64,000 bases of DNA, from contig JBNRSN020000020.1 of NCBI GenBank assembly GCA_051313645.2, positions 75,640,001-75,704,000 on the forward strand, read 5' to 3'. The DNA comes from Centroscyllium fabricii (taxonomy: Eukaryota). Numbering within the stretch: the first letter of the stretch is position 1; each line of letters starts with the position of its first letter. The notes below the pieces were generated by a model, which was given only the letters and a program-made list of their open reading frames with translations, made no database searches and was not told where the DNA came from. The position numbers were made by a program, and so were the translations under genes. Of the stretch, positions 1 to 12,463 are shown in pieces.

Positions 1-528
1 ACGGCTGCTTTTTTAATGTGCAAAGGTTTGTTTTAAGAAGGTAAGTGGTGAATTAATTCGAATTAAAACTTTTTTTCCACAGGTTTATTATTTTTAAATA
101 CTTTAAAGAGTTTATTTTTAGCCCCGTGCAAAACTGTAACTAATTTTTTCAAAAATGTAAATTATTGTTTAAAATAGTTATTTAATGTAATTGATAGTTA
201 TTTAAAAAAATGTGATCTTTCTTTAAAATTTATTTGAAGATTTACTGAGGTTTTGGGGCTTGTAGTTTTCATACTTTTGACAGGTCTTCCTGTCAAACTT
301 ATGAATGGAGCATTCTGTGCTCCGATTGGCTCTCCATGGCCCACGTGATCCTGCGCGATCCCTCGCACTATCTGCGGCGCTCGGATATGTGAGCGCGGCG
401 CGCTGGCAGTTGAGGAAGGCCCCACATCGGAATTCCACGCGGGCCCACAGCTCAACGGCCGGCGCGCTAGGTAAGTGCAGGTTGGAGGCTTACACACGCG
501 GGAAGCCTCCAACCCGAATTCCTGGGCC
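1..528. mobile_element. Partial PIF/Harbinger-like MITE (same family as 59918-60675)
   Basis: Ends in TIR-like AATTCCTGGGCC. The AT-rich body, GGTAAG sites and ATTGG/CACGTG block are shared with the copies at 33670, 43882 and 59918. Confidence 0.55.
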
Positions 529-534
529 ATTAAT

Positions 535-800
535 ATAAAATAGTTACTAATAAATCCAATTGGGAATTCAGGAAAAACATCTTTACCCAGAGAGTGGTTA
601 GAATGTGGAACTCACTACCACAAGGAGTAGTTGAGGCAAATAGTATAGATGCATTCAAGGGGAAGCTGGATAAGCACATGAGGGAGAAAGGAATAGAAGG
701 GTATGCTGATAGGGTGAGATGAAGACGGGTGGGCGGAGGCTCATGTGGAGCATAAAGACTGGAATGGACCAGTTGGGCCGAATGGCCCGTTTCTGTGTAT
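535..800 (+). mobile_element. CR1 LINE 3' end fragment
   Basis: Decayed 'FTQRVVRMWNSLPQ' ORF2 C-terminus followed by a CR1-type 3' stem (GGGCCGAATGGCC). Confidence 0.7.
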
Positions 801-977
801 TAATACTTTGTAATATACCAGTCATGAACTGTATTGTTACTCGGGTTGAGACATTGCATCTATTATATCTGTGTTCAGCTGGGGTGCTGGGTTACCACAG
901 GGATGTCATGAGCCTTGGCTGCAGAGGGTCTTCTATGAGCCTTAAACTTGCTTTGCTCTGTCAAATAATGGTGGCCA

Positions 978-1103
978 TGATGTGGAGGTGCCGGTGTCAG
1001 ACTGGGATGGACAAATGCAAGAAGTCACACAACACCAGGTTATAGTCCAACAGTTTTATTTTAAATCACAAGCTTTTGGAGCTTCTGCCCCTTCGTCAGG
1101 TGA
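978..1103 (-). mobile_element. Penelope-like pseudo-LTR fragment with a degenerate hammerhead motif
   Basis: Homologous to 37748-37872. The minus strand reads TCAC-CTGACGA...AAAAGCTT-GTGA, with the GAAA core mutated. Confidence 0.6.
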
Positions 1104-1784
1104 AAGAGAAGAGAAAATAATGGTGGCACTGTGGATCGCCTTAAAATGAAGGGACCATGACGGTTGCCTGGGAAGTGAGCTTTTACTTGCATAGCACAGT
1201 GCTGATGAGAGAAAAGAAAGAACGACTTGCATTTATTTACCACCTTTCAGGACCTCAGGGCGTCCGAAAAGCACTTTACAGACAGTAAAGTACTTTTGAA
1301 GTGTGGTCATGTTGTAATGATGGTTGCAGACAAGTTAAGCAGAGAGTGGGAGTTTCTCTGATTCATGCAGATCGCGGCGTTGTACAATGGAGAACCCAGG
1401 GATGATTGGATGCAATCTGTAAACCCCTGCACCTTCAGGAGCCCTGCCACTCTATAAAATTACAAAGATCCTCTTATGTTGCTTTTGGTTGCCTTTGAGG
1501 AAGTAGATGAACTGTGATGCCGAAACAAATAAGGCATCTGTGTCTTGCTTCACATCCCAATGCACAGCTGATTGTCTGGTATTCACAATGTCCCAAGAGG
1601 CAGTTTCAAATGACCCCAACACGTAAACAGCAGTGCAGTTCCACCCACTGGCAGTGCCGTGCCAGGCCTGCGTCGAAGTTTGGCTGAGGGCCTGCCTGCA
1701 CCCTGTGGCGTAACTCCATCATGCCTTCTCTGATAAATCAAAGTTTCCACAGGCACTGCTCCCTGAACAAGTGAACGTATATGT

Positions 1785-2534
1785 GCCAAAGAGCTATACA
1801 GCCCTTTGGCCCATCGTGTCCGCGCTGGCCATCAAGCCCAGTCTATTCTAATCCCATTTTCTAGCACTTGGTCCGTAGCCTAGTATGCTATGGCATTTCA
1901 AGTGCTCATCTGAATGCTTCTTGAATGTTGTGAGGGTTACATAGAAACATAGAAACATAGAAGATAGGAGCAGGAGTAGGCCATTCGGCCCTTCGAGCCT
2001 GCTCCGCCATTCAATGAGATCATGGCTGATCATCCAAACCCAGTACCCTGTCCCTGCCTTATCCCCTTATCCCTCGATCCCTATCGAGCCTGCATCGACA
2101 CATATCCCACTCTATCCCCGTAACCCCACATATTTAATCCCCCTAACACTAAGGGTCAATTTATCATGGCCAATCAACCTAACCCGCACATCTTTGGACA
2201 GTGGGAGGAAACCGGAGCACCCGGAGGGAACCCACGCAGACACGGGGAGAATGTGCAAACTCCACACAGATAGTACCCAAGGCTGGATTTGAACCCGGGT
2301 CTCTAGTGCTGTGAGGCAACAGTGCTAACCACTATGCCACCGTCCTGCCTCTACCATCCTTTCAGGCAGCGAGTTCCAGATTCCAACCACCCTCTGGGTG
2401 AAAAAGCTTTTCCTCAAATTCCCTCTAAACCTCCTGCCCCTTACCTTGAAACTATGCCCCCTTGTTATTGACCCCTCTACTAAGGGGAAAAGTTTCTTTC
2501 TATCTACGCTATCCATGCCCCTCATAATTTTGTA
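1785..2534 (-). mobile_element. CR1 LINE 3' fragment interrupted by a SINE
   Basis: Minus-strand 'YKIMRGMDSVDRKKLFPLVEGSITRGHSFKVRGRRFRGNLRKSFFTQRVVGIWNSLP'. Homologous to 48085-48460. Confidence 0.75.
1940..2343 (-). mobile_element. HE1-like V-SINE (tRNA head, V core, CR1/HER1 tail)
   Basis: Pol III A/B boxes (GGTGGCATAGTGG...GGTTCAAATCC), V core GTGTGGAGTTTGCACATTCTCCCCGTG, CR1-type tail ending in (TTCTATGT)n. Confidence 0.85.
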
Positions 2535-3001
2535 GCGCCACTGCCTGGGGTACTTGTGGTTGGCTGCAGAATACCTCAATTGCAGCTTGACCTGCAGAAG
2601 ATCCCCCTGTTGGGCCTCCTTTTCTTCTTCCAAAAAGCAAAGATAAAGGGGCATTCATATCAGAAATTTATTGTGTCACCATGGCAACAAGAGTTTTAAA
2701 AAAAAGGCAGCACTAGAGCAATAACCACAGGCTCTTCAAATGTCTCAGTGGCAACTGGAAAACAACAAAAATCACAAGAGAAACATTTCAACAATAGCCT
2801 AACAATCTGGCAGTCTCACTACTGATCTAAAGAGTACCATGTGAAAATGGAAAGGAGCTTTAAAAGGCTATTTCTGTATTTTATTCCTTGTTTTGTCCCC
2901 CCTCTTCCCGCTTTGGTGGATGCATCCTTAGGCCCCCTCCTCTTCCTCATCCACACATAGCTCTTTGGCAGCATCATCTATAGACAGAGTCAGGAGCCTT
3001 T

Positions 3002-4002
3002 GGGAGGAAAATTCAGTATGGCCCCGTTTGGGGCGCATAATCGGCCGTGCGCATATTTAGCATTTACTGCTAATTATCGCCTCCAACAGCAAACATGGGT
3101 TTTCTCGCCCCGGGAGGTGATTGGAGCGCTAAATCAGGCGCTACACACCTCTGTTAAGATGCAAAGGCCGAGGAGTGAGGCGTTACCTCAGAGCGCTGGC
3201 AAAGCTCATGTGATGTCGGTCAGCAATGGAACACAGACACACTGGCACCGTCCAATTCTTAAAGGGGAGTTCTGACGAATGGTCATCGACCTGAAACGTT
3301 AACTCTGTTTCTCTCGTCACAGATGCAGCTTGACCTGCTGAGTTTCTCCAGCCTTTTCTGTTTTTATCTTAAAGGGGAGAGTTGATCTTGCTCTCCATCC
3401 ACATCCTGCTCATTGCAGCCTTGAATCTCGGCCTGGAGAGACAAGTACATCAAATCTGCTGGGAAGAACAATGGAGAGACCCAGGGAAAGAGTTGAGAGT
3501 GCAGCCCCCACATTCTCTTCTAAATCGATACAAGGAAGGTCAAATCAAAATGAATCTGCAAAGTGCTGCTCAGTACCCAAAACTCCTTCACACAGCGTTG
3601 AATCTCTCCAGAGGTCTCTCTCTCTCTCTCTCAGAATGCGTGGTGCAAAAGTGTCACCAACAGAAAAAGGCAGAAAGCAGTCACCTTTAAATAGCGCTCC
3701 CCCAGTCCCTTCCTGACTGCAAAATGCTCCCCTCAACCTGTTGTTGTTAGCGGCATGTGGTAAGGCGGGGGCGCCACTTAAAATCCGGTCTGGGGTGCTA
3801 CCGGGGCATTGCGCATACCAATGATGTCACAATCTGCCAGCGCAGGAGATCGTGGCGGTGGTCTTTAGCGCCACCGCAAAATGTCTAGTCAATTTCGCGA
3901 GCGGTACAAACATCGCTGCGACCCGACCGCTAGTGGCTTTGCGCCCCATTAGTGCCCTCTTACGGCGTGAACAGGAGGTGCAAACAACTGAATTTTCCCC
4001 CC
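3002..4002. mobile_element. Harbinger-derived non-autonomous element
   Basis: 16-bp TIRs GGGAGGAAAATTCAGT / ACTGAATTTTCCCCCC and a 3-bp TSD (TTT). Internal sequence resembles the 5' ends of Harbinger genes. Confidence 0.65.
3266..3366 (+). ncRNA. Penelope-type solo repeat with a minimal type I hammerhead ribozyme
   Basis: Reads AGTT-CTGACGA-(GGTC atc GACC)-TGAAA-CGTT-AACT. Flanked by the direct repeat TCTTAAAGGGGAG at 3257-3269 and 3367-3379. Confidence 0.65.
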
Positions 4003-4708
4003 TTTGTGTTAACTGTTGTGGAACTACCAATTGGTTTTTGCATTGACCATAATGGGTATCCCCATTGGAGTTCTCCTTTACTTGTGCCTTTTGGAGGAAG
4101 AGGCCGACCAATGGCAGGATAACAGGCTCCACCAGATGCGCTCAGTACCCACCAGTGCTCTCATGCCTGCATCCACAGCTAAGTTGCACATACCTTGATT
4201 TGTCAGAGGAGCAGCACATGCCGAGGCTGCAATTCACGGGGGAAATCATGCTGTGCCACATGGAAGTACCTTCGCTATACGGACTGCAGCTGTTCAAGAA
4301 GGCGGCTCACCACCACCTTCTCAATGGCACCTGGGGGTGGGCAATAAATGCCAGCCTTGCTAATGACGCCTGTATCACAAGAATGAATAAAAAAATGTTC
4401 TGCTCCTGCACCAACGAACCAGAAAATCTATGATGTGTTATTATTCTAATATACTGCTTTGGGTTTCCTACAGATCATAGTTTTCAGGCAGTGATTTGGG
4501 CACATTAGGGTGAATTTTTAGTCATTTGTACCAATTGTACAGGAAAATTAGGAGTGACATGATTTGTGATTCCTTCAGCTCACAATTATATGCTAGAGTG
4601 CACAGTTCATATCACCATCACTGCGAGGTCCCAGTAGCACCGCATTTCTGAACTTCGCAAAGTACAAGGGTTTTCTGATGACGTCCATGTTACTGCTCCT
4701 TTGTTACA

Positions 4709-5380
4709 GTATCAGCTGTGACTCACTCGCCTCTGAGTCAGAAGGTTGTGGATTCAAGTCCCACTCCAGGGACCTGAGCACAAAATCTAGGCTGACACTC
4801 CAGTGCAGTGCTGAGGGAGTGCTGCGCTGTTGGAGGTGCCGTCTTTCGGATGAGACGTTAAACCGAGGCCCCGTCTGCTCTCTCAGGTGGACGTAAAAGA
4901 TCCCATAGCACTATTTTGAAGAAACACAGAAGATAGGAGCAGGAGTAGGCCATTCGGCCCTTCGAGCCTGCTCCGCCATTTTGACGAGATCATGGCTGAT
5001 CATCCAAACCAAGCACCCCCCTCCTACCCTCTCCCCATATCCCCCTACACCCCTAACTCTAAGAACTATATCTCACACACATGCTCATGGGCAATTTTTA
5101 GTATCTCCAATTCACCTAACCTGCATGTCTTTGGGTGGTGGGAGGAAACCCACACGAACACAGGGAGAACATGCAAACTCCACGCAGAGAGGACCCGGGC
5201 CAAGCAGGATTTGAACCCAGAAGCTCCTTATTGCGAGGCAGCAGTGCTAACCACTGCGCCACCATGTTGTCCGAAGAGTAGGGGAGTTATCCCTGGTGTC
5301 CTGGGCCAATATTTATCCCTCAACCAACGTAACAAAAACAGATTATCTGGTCATTAACTCATTGCTGTTTGTGGGAGCTT
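4709..5380 (+). mobile_element. SacSINE1-like Deu-SINE with a V-SINE variant inserted at about 4924-5270 (-)
   Basis: tRNA-like head and core GAGGTGCCGTCTTTCGGATGAGACGTTAAACCGAGG...GTAAAAGATCCCA. The SINE resumes after the insert with GAAGAGTAGGGGAG. Confidence 0.75.
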
Positions 5381-5812
5381 GTTTTAAATATTTAATTAAA
5401 TGCCATTTTAATTAATTTTAGATATGTAATGGCTTTTTTTATTTATTTGATGTGTAGATGTATTTTTTGGGGTATTCGCATTCATACTTATGGGGTTTCC
5501 GTACATCTGGATTCCCCATAAGCACGAATGGGGATCCCCCTTGCGAACCGTCTGCGCGCCTGAGATACATGGGCCTCTACCCGCAGGTACCCGGGTAGCC
5601 CCAGGACCGCGAGTCTCCGTACCTCTTGGGCCCCCAGGTAGGCGCGGATTTTATTTGCGGATCGGAAGCTATTCCCCACAGGAAGCCCCCGCCCGCAAAT
5701 TCAGGGCCAATGTATAAGGTGCTGAAGACACAAACAAGGTCAACATCTGGAACAAGAAGATATACAAGGCCACAGATCAGGAAAAGTCAGTAAAAATATA
5801 AAATCATTACCT

Positions 5813-6056
5813 TGTAGCGCCTCAGGCCTAGAAACCACGCGGAGCCAGAGCTTAGAGAAAACACATCTTTACTCAACAACTATAATACAAGGAAGAGGCA
5901 GAACCACTCAGGACAGGCTTATTTAAACGGTCCCGCGGTTGGTGACGTCATCGCGTCGGCCGACGTGATGACGTAGTCGCGTCACCCGGATGAGCGGAGA
6001 TTTGCTCCGCGGAGCCCCGTTGGCGGATTCGATATCCCCGTGGGTGTACCGCCACA
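5813..6056 (-). mobile_element. Probable solo LTR (CpG-rich)
   Basis: Termini TGTAGCG...CGCCACA, TATA-like and AGTAAA motifs on the minus strand, and a CRE palindrome TGACGTCA. No clean TSD. Confidence 0.5.
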
Positions 6057-6750
6057 CACTGTGCTTTCATTGGATAGACCAAGTCAGATTCAAAAACAAA
6101 TACTTTCAACTGTAATTTCTCATTCAACATCAACAAGTATTATTATTAGATCACAGTGGCCCTTCTTCTGGGCCTTATGCTGAAATCTTCAAATAACTTT
6201 AAATTCTCTCCTGTTTGATTTGCAATTATTTCAAACCTACTATACAGCCATCAGAACTTAATGCGATATATTCAAAGACACTTTTTTGACAAACAAAACA
6301 AACTGAAAAAATCTCTTGCAATGTCGATGTGAAAAAGCAACTCAGTAAATCTTCACATATACTTGGTGTGAGAGACACCTATAGGCCAGAGGAAAAAATG
6401 TGTGTGTTCTTCGCAGTCCCTCTCCTTCAGCCCCGCACAGCCTTGTAATGTTGGATGAATGAAGGATATTTTGTGCTTGGGGTTGAAATTAGTGATAGTC
6501 AGCTGAACAGGGTTTAACCTTTTGAGGCCAACAGCAGTTTACTTAGTTTACATCTAAATGTACAGAGCTAGAGCCTTCCATTGTCTTTAGTGTGGCCTGC
6601 ATCTTCTTAAGGCTAAGGGGATCAAGGGATATGGGGAGAGGGCAGCGACAGGGTACTGAATTTGAATGATCAGCCATGATCGCATTGAATGGCGGAGCAG
6701 GACCGAGGGCCCGAATGGCCTACTCCTGCTCCTATCTTCTATGTTTCCAT

Positions 6751-7629
6751 GGATGAAAAATTCGTCAGCGCACAAAATTAGCGCCGACAGGTCCGAAATT
6801 GGCGCTAGCGGCGGCCTTGATGATTTCGGCGCAAATTCCCGCCTTGCACGAGAGTCAGGCAGCTAATATCCCGGCGCTAATGGCCGTTTCCGGGTGCAGT
6901 GCTCCCTCACTAACTGCTTGCTTCCCCTTCGCCTCTGCAGCCAATGAGGCATTAAAGGGGGAGCAGCAGCTGTTCTCCATGCTGTCTGAGCAGTTGCGTC
7001 TCGGAGAGAGTGGGGAGGGGGGCCGGCTCTCTAATCAGTGGCGTCTCGGAGAGAGCGGGGAGGTGGGGCGGCTCTCTGATCATTTGCGTCTTGGTGGGAC
7101 GTGGCGACCCACCAAGACGCCACTGATCAGAGAGCCGCCCCCCCTCCCCGCTCTCTCCGAGACGCCACTGATCAGAGAGCCAGACTCCCTCCCCGCTCTC
7201 TCCGAGACGCCACTGATCAGAGAGCCGGACTCCCTCCCTGCTCTCTCATCAATTGACCGCAAAGGCCGACTCCCCCCATCAGCTGGCCGCACTTGGGCCG
7301 AAGAGGGAGGGTGGCCCTTTTACCAGCGCTGAAGCAGCCACTCAAAGCCGCTGCAGCGCTTGCAAAAGCTGTCGCTAATAGTGCGGGTGGCGCTGCGAAG
7401 GCGCTAAGGCCAATAACGGGCGCAGCCCGCCGGCGGCCGTTGCACACGCATTGCCAGTACGATTGTTGATCATCAGGCGGCGCAGCGCTAGCGTTTGGCG
7501 ATGCAGCGCTAGCGTTTAGCGCCGGCGCTAACCACCATGCCAATTTAGCACCCGTCGCTAATTTGGGCGCTACGTCGGCGCTACCCAATTAGCGCCGATT
7601 TTCGGCGCTAAGGCGCCAATTTTTCGCCC
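6751..7629. mobile_element. GC-rich MITE-like element with internal tandem repeats
   Basis: Imperfect TIRs GGATGAAAAATT / AATTTTTCGCCC, many TAGCGC/GCGCTA words, and 45-bp repeats at about 7113-7250 that mirror 6990-7090. Confidence 0.55.
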
Positions 7630-7741
7630 TGTGAGTTCTGTGGAGGCTTTGTGATTTAAATTGTTTCATAAAATGATGATTAAAATCAGTCTAAATTTTA
7701 TATTCCACACTGGGCTTGTTGAAACCTCTAAAACGATTTAA

Positions 7742-9210
7742 AAATAGAAAATGCTGGAAATGCGAAGCAGGTCAGTCAGCATCTGTGGAGAGAAAAACAG
7801 AGTTAACATTTAAGGTCGACGACCTTTCTTTATAACTAGAAAAAGTTAGAGATGGAACAGATTTTTAAGCAAGTGCAGAAGCAGGGAAAGGGGGAGGGGA
7901 GGAAAGAACAAAAAGGGACAGTCGGTGATAGGGTGGAAGGCAGGAGAGATTAAATGACGAAAGGGATGATGGTGCAAGGCAAAAGGAGATGGTAATGGGA
8001 CAAGTAAAGAAACAAAAGATGTGGCTAGAGGAGGTGTAAATGGGAATATCGGAATCGCCAGCAACAGCTGCCGTCTGAAACATTGGGGGCAGCGGTTATA
8101 ATCTGAGATTGTTGAACTCAGTGTTGAGTCTGCCAGGCTGTAAAGTGCCCAATCGCAAGGTGAGGTGCTGTTCCTCGAGCTTACGTTGAGCTTCATTGGA
8201 AGAGTGTAAGAGGCTAAGGACAGGGAGGTCAGAGTGGGAGTGGAGCGGAGAATTAAAGTGACAATCGGGAGCTCAGGGTCACGCTTGCAGGCTGAACGGA
8301 GGTGTTCCGCAAAGAGGTCACCCAATCTGCATTTGGTCTCCCCAATGTAGAGGAGACTGCATCGTGAGCAGCAAATATAGTATACTAAATTGAAAGAAGT
8401 ACAAATAAATCACTGTTTCACCTGGAAGGAGTGTTTGGGGCCCTGGATGGTGGAAATGGGTGTTGCATATCCTGCACTTGCATGGGAAGGTGCTGTTGGA
8501 AAGGGAGTGGGTGTTGGGGGTGATGGAGGAGTGGACCAGAGTGCCGCGGAGTGAACGGTCCCTTCGGAATGCTGAAAGACGGGGAAATGGGAAGATGCGT
8601 TTGGTGTTGGGATCACGCTGGAGGTGGCAGAAATGACAGAGGATGATCCATTGAATTTGAGGGCGGGTGGGGTGGCTGGTGAGGACAAGGCCTATTGTGG
8701 TTCAGGGAGGGAGGGGCGGGGTGAGAACAGAAGTGCAGGAAATGGAACGGACACGGTCGAGGGCCGTGTCAACCATGGTAGAGGGGAATCCTCGGTTGGG
8801 GATAAAGGAAAGCATATCGGAAGCACTGGTATGGAAAGTGGCATCGCCAGAGCAGATGCAACAGAGATGGAAAAACTGGGAGAATGGAATAGAGTCCTGA
8901 TACACTATCAATAACTGCAAAGACTAGAAGTTATGCGAAGAACAGATAGGCTTTTATTCGCTAAGAAGGAAGCATGCCTTTCTGCTGAGTGACTGGTCCA
9001 AGACTGAAGGGGGGTTGGGGAACAGTCACCTTTATACCTGGGTCCGGGGGAGGAGCCACAGGTGGGGCCAGCAGAGGGCATGTCCAGACAGGTTACATGC
9101 AGTGAGCTATCACACAGTATATACAGTACAGTGGTAATACAGTAGTTTACCACACGTCCTTACAGGAAGCTGGGTGGGAGGAAGTGTGGTCAAGATAGCT
9201 GTGGGAGTCA
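7742..9210 (-). mobile_element. Penelope-like element 3' part (GIY-YIG endonuclease remnant plus pLTR)
   Basis: Minus-strand 'NLVYYICCSRCSLLYIGETKCRLGDLFAEHLRS', with the pLTR at about 7742-7830. Interrupted by a solo LTR. Confidence 0.8.
8898..9154 (-). mobile_element. Gypsy solo LTR related to elements 1, A and B
   Basis: Minus strand TGTGGTAAAC...CA, 5-bp TSD AGTCC/CGTCC (one mismatch), TATAAA and TTAGCGAATAAAAGCC motifs. Confidence 0.8.
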
Positions 9211-9865
9211 AATCTAAAATGAGACAAGCGATTTTGTTTTTTATTCAGTTCTCCGTAATACACTGAACTGTAAATGTCTCCTGTGTTAGAAAGGTTCATT
9301 TTGGAAAACATAATCATGAAATATTCATTTGCACGACTTCCTCAAGCATTTTTTTCATTAGATCGTCTCAATTTACAATATCACAAATTCAAATGCAGAA
9401 ATACTCTGGAGTATATCTACCAAAAGAGTGGGGAAATCCAGCAGAGCAGATAAAAGGAAAGAAATCCATGCAAGATCATAAAAAGAGGCACAGAGAAAGC
9501 ATTGTTGAGTTACAATCCAAACTTGCTGTGTTGGACTGATGTATTCAGCGAGCTTTCAGGAAGGTTTAACTTTCTGTCAGTGTAGATTGGGCTTCTGGCA
9601 CTTTCTGCAGTTTTAGGTTTAATTTATTAAGTGAACATACACAACATAATGGGTCTTGTCTATTCTTTGACTTTGAAGGGGATTGTGGTATGCGTAGCTG
9701 AACCATCAGCTACTCAAATACTGACAGGCACGTGAATCCGACATCTTTTCTACTGGGCCATTTTGAATTTTCTGCAGCACCACGGAACTATACAAGCATA
9801 CAGCACACAAAGAAGCCACTCAGTCCATCATGTTTGCGCCAATGTTCCCCCTGGCTTCCTAATGC

Positions 9866-10320
9866 CAACTGTGACTCAATGGGTAGCACCCTTGCCTCTG
9901 GGTCAGAAGGTTGTGGGTTCAAGTCCCATTCCAGAGACTTGAGCACATAAATCTAGGCTGACACTCCCAGTGCAGTGCCGAGGGAGTGCTGCACTGTCGG
10001 AGGTGCCGTCTTTCAGATGAGACGTTAAATCGAGCCCCCCCCGCCTTCTCTCTCAGGTGGACGTAAAAGATTCCATGGCATCATTTTGAAAAAGAGCAGG
10101 GGAGTTCTCCCCAGTGTCCTGGCCAATATTTATCTTTCCAGCAACAGCACTAAAACAGATTATCTGCTCATTATCGCGTTGCTGTTTGTGGGATCTTGCT
10201 GTGCACAAATTGGCTGCCGCGTTTCCTGCAAAACAACAGTGACTACACTTCAAAAGTACTTCATTGGCCGTAAAGCGCTTTGGGACATCCTGAGAATGTG
10301 CAAGATGCAAGTCTTGCTTT
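9866..10320 (+). mobile_element. SacSINE1-like Deu-SINE, near full length
   Basis: A/B boxes, Deu-type core, and L2-like tail GTAAAGCGCTTTGGGAC. Confidence 0.8.
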
Positions 10321-10682
10321 TTTTGCTAAGGTGTGTGGCTGTGCACCAGTCAGGGGATCCCGTGCGGGACACTTACCAGCTGCTGCCATTGGAAAAGAAA
10401 CGGCGCATGCATGGCGGCACAGCAAATTTAAAGGCCGTGATTTCCCCTACCTTGATGGGTACGGCGTGGCCGGTCTTGGTGGCGGGTCCCAGCCTCACTG
10501 TTGGCTCCAAAGTGATCTTAAGTGATCCTGCCGCGGTCGTTTAAATATCTGGGTAAAACTGTTTTAGGACAGAGATGAGGAGGAATTTCTTCACCCAGAG
10601 AGTGGTGAACCTGTGGAATTCTCTACCACAGAAGGCCGTAGAGGTCAATTCATTAAATATATTCAAGAAGGAGTTGGATATA

Positions 10683-11399
10683 CAGGTTGCGCACCGGAAA
10701 TCCGGCACGGGCGGGACCAGGCCCGTGCCGGGAAAGTGAAAAAACCGGCAGAATGAAGTCGGTCAATGCGCGCACCATTCAAAATGGCCACGCACATGCG
10801 CACATTGGAAATGGCCGCCGAACACCAAACATTCAAAATATTAGATCATCTCATCCAGAACTCTGCTGTTTGCATCCTTGTTTGTCCATGGCTGACCTGC
10901 ATTGGCACCAAGTTCCCCAATGCTCACACTTAAAATTCTAACCTCCGTGTTTAAATCTCTTCGGGCTCACCCCTCCCTATCTCGGTAATCTCCACCAACC
11001 CCACAACCACCCACTTCTGTCCCATAACTGTCGGTTCCTTTGACTGTGGGCATTTGTGCATGTTCACCTCCGTTCCCCTTCATTTAAGGGTTTCAGGGAT
11101 GGTAGTCGAGCTGCCGCGCCCTGACGCCACGGAAGGCCCGGCTCGTCCGGCGGCCGTTTTGAATCATCTGCGCATGCGCTAGCCGTCCGGCGACGCATGC
11201 GCAGATCATTCAAAACACCCAGCAGCCATTTTGAATGATCTGCGCATGTGCTCGCCGTTCAGCGGCACATGCACAGATCATTCGCCGAAGCCGCGATCGT
11301 GGCTGCCATCTTGCGCATGCGCAGTGCAGTCGGGGCAATTTGTTCCGGCAGACTGAAGCTGCCGGCGTTTCGGGTCACGGATTTTCGGTGCACAACCTG
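10683..11399. mobile_element. Tc1/mariner (Tigger-like) MITE inserted in a CR1 3' end
   Basis: TIRs CAGGTTGCGCACCGGAAATCCG / CGGATTTTCGGTGCACAACCTG and a TA TSD. CR1 sequence continues on both sides (about 10560-11550). Confidence 0.8.
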
Positions 11400-11739
11400 T
11401 ATTTCTTTAGGCTAAAGCGATCAATGGATATGGGGAAAAAGCAGGGACAGGGTACTGAATTTGGCTGATCAGCCATGATCGCATTGAATGATGGGGCAGG
11501 CTCGAGGGGCCAAATGGCCTACTCCTGCTCCTATCTTCTATGTTTCTATGTTACCCTGATTGGGCTTGTTAAGCCCGCCCAGCACATTTCCCGGCCAATT
11601 GAAGGAAGCAGGTCTGATTATATCATTTGATGACGCGCCATCAGCCAGTTTCCTTAAAGGGACCATGTGCAAATTGATTTTGATGTTTGTGCTGTCAGTG
11701 TTCGACAGCATTCAGGTGCTGCAAATATTGACAAGCACT

Positions 11740-11970
11740 GCACAAAGGTGCACAGCTGCACCCAGGTTCTCCCATGACTCCCTCCATCTGCTTATGGAGG
11801 GAGTCACAGCACGCAGGGAGGTTCTCTTCCCTTTCCATAGGCGGAAAAGACCTCCACAGGGTACCAATGCAACCTGGTTGCACATTTCACAGGAGGACAC
11901 AAGCAGGGATGTCGTTACGCGGACCAGGCTGCAGTGGCACAAACCTTTCAATAATCTCAGTAGATTACAA
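11740..11970 (+). pseudogene. Harbinger Myb/SANT-like gene remnant
   Basis: 'APRFSHDSLHLLMEGVTARREVLFP...W...RTRLQWHKPFNNL' matches the Myb/SANT trihelix pattern. Confidence 0.65.
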
Positions 11971-12463
11971 AATGTTACTGCAAAGCCACACTCAACCTCA
12001 TCCTGCTGTGCCACTCATCACATCGCCAATCACTCTGCCTTCCCTACCCTACTCCTGCACATCCTTACTCACACCGAGAACTTGCACGGGACCACGTGAT
12101 CTGCAGGGAGCCAATCAATGGAAGCAGTCCTCCATTCATAACTTACACGGAGAAATCTGTGTAAGTTATGAAAAGGAAGAGCTTCAAAAACACATCTAAA
12201 CACAAAAATAAAATTTAAAAAAACACCACATTTTTTCACAATACTCTAACTAACATAAATTACCTATTTTAATGAAAAAATTAAAATTTAGAAAAAAAAT
12301 GGAAAGTTTTTAACTGGCCTAAAGCAATAATTACCTGTCTTTAAAGTTAAAAAAAATTAAAAACCTGTTAAAACAATACTTAACTTCTATCAAATAAAGA
12401 CTTACCTGCTAAAAACGGCTGGTTACGGCTGATATTTTTAAGTATAAAATCTTCCATACTTAC

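Noticed and set aside
2014-2292. Recurrent ORFs starting 'MRSWLIIQTQ...' or 'MAEQARRAEWPT...'
   Set aside because: They are chance translations of SINE and CR1 3' sequence, not a gene family.
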